From assembly GCF_964204645.1 (NCBI RefSeq), contig NC_134028.1, positions 17,739,653 to 17,803,652 on the forward strand: 64,000 nucleotides of DNA. The letters are read 5' to 3'. A program made the translations under genes and the position numbers. Source of the DNA: Tubulanus polymorphus. Lineage: Eukaryota > Animalia > Nemertea. Shown here in pieces: positions 59,421 to 64,000 of this stretch; the stretch's first letter is position 1; each line of letters begins with the position of its first letter. Under the pieces are notes generated by a model. It was given only the letters and a program-made list of their open reading frames with translations, ran no database searches and had not been told where the DNA came from.

Positions 59421-61511
59421 TTTTAGCTCCGCTGTGACCGAAGGTCAGTGGAGCTGATGGGTTAGAGTGATTATCCGTCATCGTCTGTCCGTCCGTCAAC
59501 TATTGCTTCAATTTGCTACTAGTGCTACAGTTCTTTCCTAATCTTGACCTAACTTGGTATGAAGCTAATATGGGCCAAGGGCTAAAAAGTTATAGAGCCG
59601 TTTTCCCAATTTGATCTCTAGGGGGCGCTGTACGGGTGGCACGTGTAAAATCTTTAAATCGCTACTTGTCCTACAGATATTGTACGATGTTGACGTGCAG
59701 ATACTACAAGCCAAGGACTAAAATGTTAAAGAGCTGTTTTTAGTTCCGCTGTGACCGAAGGACCGAGGGAGCCGTCGTCATTCGTCCGTTTGTTCGTTAG
59801 TTCATTCGTCGTTCGTGCTCCGTCAACTTTTTCTTCAAATCGCTACTAGTCCTACAGTTTTAATCAGATCAATTCCAAATTTGGTATGAAAGTTCTATGG
59901 ACCTAGGCCTGTAAAGGTACGGAGCCATTTTTTGGATTCGTCACCCAGGGGCGCTCCTGAGGGGTGGAGTTTCTATTTCTTCACATAGTGGTTTTGTTGG
60001 AAAAAGGCTACTAGTCCTACAGTTTTCAGGGATGAGCATTTCCCGCTTTCTGCAATTTCCCGCTTTTTTTTGTGATGAGAAATTTTAAAATACAAGCTTT
60101 CCAAATTGTCCAGATCCATTGAGAAATGGGGTAGGGGGTTGGAAGGTTTGCTGTCTCTGGCATTATGTTTCTGCTCACAAAACTGAGTATTTTTAGCATG
60201 CTTGACGGTGCTCAGCCCAAAAAAGATGTTCGTTATGTGTTGCAATCTGGTATTGCCAATATAAACTACTGTGAAAAAATAATCAGTTCGTGCTGCCATC
60301 TAGAATTGAACCAAGACTGTTTTGGAAATCATGCTGGGAACACCCACCTTCAGCTTCGTGCCTATGTTGCAGTTTAGCTGCAATTTCAGTAATTATCAGA
60401 AATTTCATCAAAAGTCCCGCTTTTTTCATAAACCCTGGTTCTCATCCCTGAGTTTTAATCAGATCAATTCCAAATTTGGTATGAATGTTATATGGAGAGG
60501 CCTATAAAGTTACAGAGCCATTTTTTGGATTCTTCCCCCTAGGGGCGCCTCTTGGGGTGGAGTTTCTATTTCTTCAAATTGCTACTAATCCTACAGTTTT
60601 AATCAGATCAAGTCCAAATTTGGTATGAATGTTCTATGGACCAATACCTACAAAATATTTTTTGGATTTGGCCAAAAGGGGGCACCCCTATGTATGCAGC
60701 TTCTATTTCTTCAAATCACACAGCAGAGCTATATAAGCCAATAGGCTCCTTGTCCCAATTTGATCTCTAGGGGGCGCTGTACAGCTTGTCCTACTTGCTA
60801 CTTGTCCTACAATTATAGTCTGAAAAAGTTATGGAGCCATTTTCCCAAGTTGATCTCTGGGGGCGCTGTAAGGGTGGCGCTTGTTAAATCTTTAATCTAC
60901 TTGTCCTACAATTAGGCTATAATCCGATCTTGATGAAACTTGGTTTATGGATACTACAGGCCAGGGGACAAAATGTTATAGGCCTAGAGCCATCTCCAAT
61001 TTGACCTTAAGGGGGCGCTGTACAGGTCACACTTGTTAAATCACTATCCATCCTACAAATATAGTCTGGTGTTGACGAAACTTGGTATGTATATACTATG
61101 GGCCAAGGGCTAGAAACTTATGGAGCGGTTTTCAAATTTAATCTCTAGAGGGCGCTGTATGGGTGGCGCTTGTAAAATCTATAAATCGCTACTTGTCCTA
61201 CAATTATTATCCAATCTTACGAAATATGGTGTGTCAATATTTTTGGCCATGGGCTAAATGTTACTGAGCCATTTTGCAAATCTGATATCTAGGGGGCGCT
61301 GTACAGGTCACACTTGTAAAGATCTTTCAATTGCTACCAGTCCTTTAATCATTATCTGATATTGACGAAGCTTGGTGTGTAGATACTATGGGCCAAGGGC
61401 TAAAAAGTTATAGAGCTGTGGATTTGAACTTTTGAGAGTGCTGTGTAGGCGGTCCTTGTAAAATCTTATCAAAAACCAGCGGAGCTGTATCAGCCGATAG
61501 GCTGCTTGTTT
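59421..61511 (-). mobile_element. HINE family C with ~160-bp tandem units, containing a nested related element (59738-60753)
   Basis: Subterminal repeats AGCTCCGCTG / CAGCGGAGCT, hairpin TGACCGAAGGTCA, (CCGT)n, repeated TAGGGGGCGCTGTA; a related 5' end occurs at 29870. Confidence 0.8.
60027..60450. mobile_element. hAT-like MITE with a 6-bp TSD
   Basis: CAGGGATGAG / CTCATCCCTG flanked by AGTTTT; neighbouring repeat units show the empty site CCTACAGTTTTAATCAG. Confidence 0.85.
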
Positions 61512-62364
61512 GGGATATTTCACCTAAACTTTGACCACAAACCTCAATTTTGCCTTGATATGATGACCAGTGAAACTGCAGTCTAAATAAACCATCGTTT
61601 CTATATCCATTTTGTAATAAATTAAAGCAATGGAAATAGACTCCATTTTATGTAATAAATCAATTTTAACAATATATATTTCCATGCCTACCATTTAAAA
61701 TTATTTTCAAATCTATCAAAATTCGTAGTTCACATAGGTTCGTTGTTAGAATTTCAAAAATGGCTGATCTCCTTTCTCATTTCAAAATGAGAAAATGAAG
61801 GCTTTTTGTCAATCCTACAATACAATGTGGTTTATTTAGACTGCAGTTTCTTAATTTCATAAAGTTCAAACATAAAGCAAAAATCCCCAAGAACCAATGT
61901 CACACGAAAATAAGTAGATATAAGTGGAAAGAAGCCTATTAGTCTATTTTTTGTCTGCCAGTACTTATTAGGCTATGTATAGGCCTATTATAGACACTGG
62001 ATTAACTGATTATCATTTTTACAGTACCTACAACTCTGATACGAGCCCTGCGGCACCAACCAGCAAATGAAATGTTATTGAAATTTATTGCAAAACGAAA
62101 TATTTTGCAACTTTCAAGCATAAGGTATGAAATTTTAGCCCAATGTCTTTTTATTTTTGTGTGGGGTAGATTTTTTGGGGTTATTTCTCTTAATGTTTGG
62201 ACACATACCAATAGCCCATTTTGGTCTTAACACAACCAGTGAAACTGCAGCGCATGAATGAACCATCATTTTTATATCCATTTTGCACTGGAAGATTGCC
62301 AAAAAGTCTTATTTACCGTAACGCATTCGAATGAGAGAAAAGAGACCATAATTTATATGATAAT

Positions 62365-62787
62365 CTATATATTATTATCATTAGTTTCAATAATATTATG
62401 ATTATTAATCTTTTCTTTTGCTACATGTTTCTTTGATTTCTTATTTGATGCCCAATTTTTATATAAAATATATTTCTTACATGTATCACAATATTTTGGA
62501 TTATAATAATCTTTTTTTGATTCAATATCATATGTAGAAGGGATATCATTATTAGATGCAGAAGTGAAGGGTAGAATATTGTCTTCTATTTTAGATTCAA
62601 TATTATCTTCTATTTTAGATTCAATATTATCCTCTATTTTAGTTTCAATATTCTTTTCTATTTTACTTATTCTATACTTGAATTGATAAAATTCTCCAAA
62701 ATACTTACTATATTCATAAGGTATTATATAATATATATCTGATATCATTTCACTTGGAGTTTGTATTTCATATATTCCACATTCCAT
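62365..62787 (-). CDS. AT-rich intronless ORF, 140 aa, with 8-aa repeats and a degenerate C2H2/matrin-like finger; virus/Polinton-like
   Basis: KIE(K/D)NIE(T/S) x4; YCDTCKKYILYKNWASNKKSKKH; TAAATG start context. Confidence 0.45.
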   Translation of the reverse strand: MECGIYEIQTPSEMISDIYYIIPYEYSKYFGEFYQFKYRISKIEKNIETKIEDNIESKIEDNIESKIEDNILPFTSASNNDIPSTYDIESKKDYYNPKYCDTCKKYILYKNWASNKKSKKHVAKEKINNHNIIETNDNNI

Positions 62788-62910
62788 TTATTATAAAATT
62801 TTTTATTAAAGATTAAAATTTTAATACATAACACAGTGTAATTGTGAATTTGTTATATTTAATCCCGCGTCAGATATGATATAAAAATGCATTTTATAAT
62901 TGTTGCCTCC

Positions 62911-62988
62911 TTTTTAGCCCACTTGGGACTTTAGTCCCAGCGGGCTATTGCGTTCATTTTTCATCCGTCGTCCGTCCGTCCGTCCGTA
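62911..62988 (-). mobile_element. Isolated 3' hairpin end of HINE family A, broken at the (CCGT)n tract
   Basis: TTAGCCCACTTGGGACTTTAGTCCCAGCGGGC is the reverse complement of the end at 16366-16397. Confidence 0.8.
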
Positions 62989-64000
62989 CAGTGTATTTCT
63001 AATGAAAATAAAGTGTACATCGATTCATTTTCCTTTAAACATGTGGTCATTTAGGTTGATTTTGGTTGTTTGTGGCTTATATGTGCGAGTACCCCTGAAT
63101 TGTAATTGAGCAGGTGTGTTGCGGACTCGGCAGTAGAGGATCATCGGATAAGGCCCCGAGGTCCTTCGAGGTACGATGCAGCGTTCGTCGGCTTTGTATC
63201 CTGTGGCGTTGGACATACTGTCACGCTGGCAGGAGGGATGAGTGACGAGGCTTGAGTCCCTTATAGAATGAGATAGGGCGATTTCAGGTCTGGAGTAAGC
63301 GCGCGCTGGTTACCGCGTATCATGTTCGGGTTGAGTGGCCAATAGCCCTAGGCGTGATGCTGTGTGTGGTAACTTTTCTCATCTCAAGCCGTGGGAGTTC
63401 CGGGAGCCGCACACCTGAGTGTAGTCGGGGATTTTCGCAATTCTTTAAAGCCACTTCAGTCATCGGAATGTTGAGCACTATATATTTACCTGTGGAGGTA
63501 CAACTACCCCCGCAGGAGGACTCTTGTAACGTCGCCTATATTGCCTAAAACATTTACCTTTACCAGATTGTTGTACAATACCGATTATCGTTACCGGAGA
63601 TGAGATACATCTCTCGGTTATTCGTATAAGAGGAGAGGATACATTCGTAAGAGGAGAGGAGACATTCGTAAAAGTAGAGGATTCGTCAGTATAACTCCAA
63701 TGATCGTCCAGAGAACACGAACTATACATGTAGATATTTTAGATATCACGTGTCTTTTACAAAGAACTTGTTACATCAATTATTACAAGCACATGTACAT
63801 ACACACTAGGTAAAATGCATAGAGCGAGTAGAACGTTACACATTCCTACCCACCCTATTTTCCATAATGGTATAGTCTATACATGTTAGCAAATGAAACT
63901 CTCTGTAGGCAGTGTTCTCTGAGTGATACTTCAATGAATGAAAGAAGTTCACGTGACAGGCACTACTCAGTGGTATTTTTTATTATGGCATAGACCACAT

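Overview
AT-rich animal (invertebrate-like) genomic DNA. The whole window lies inside one minus-strand gene, a VWA8 orthologue. I traced 10 phase-consistent GT-AG exons between 2471 and 52122; both ends of the gene lie outside the window. The introns are packed with nested transposons. The standout is an apparently intact 5.06-kb Mutator-like element (22969-28032; ~75-bp TIRs, 8-bp near-perfect TSD) whose single intronless ORF fuses a PHD finger, a vertnin/OTU-like cysteine protease, a FLYWCH finger and a complete DDE transposase. Other elements: (1) a Helitron-bounded segment carrying a NOF-like transposase fragment with a USP-like protease; (2) a near full-length degenerate Penelope retroelement with a hammerhead ribozyme in each pseudo-LTR; (3) a 123-bp hammerhead-bearing mini-insertion with a 14-bp TSD; (4) decayed hAT and Academ-like transposases; (5) several hAT-like MITEs with 6-7-bp TSDs; (6) three families of Helentron/DINE-1-like elements, one carrying captured exons; (7) an AT-rich virus-like zinc-finger ORF. 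All family calls come from motif recognition by eye, not database searches.
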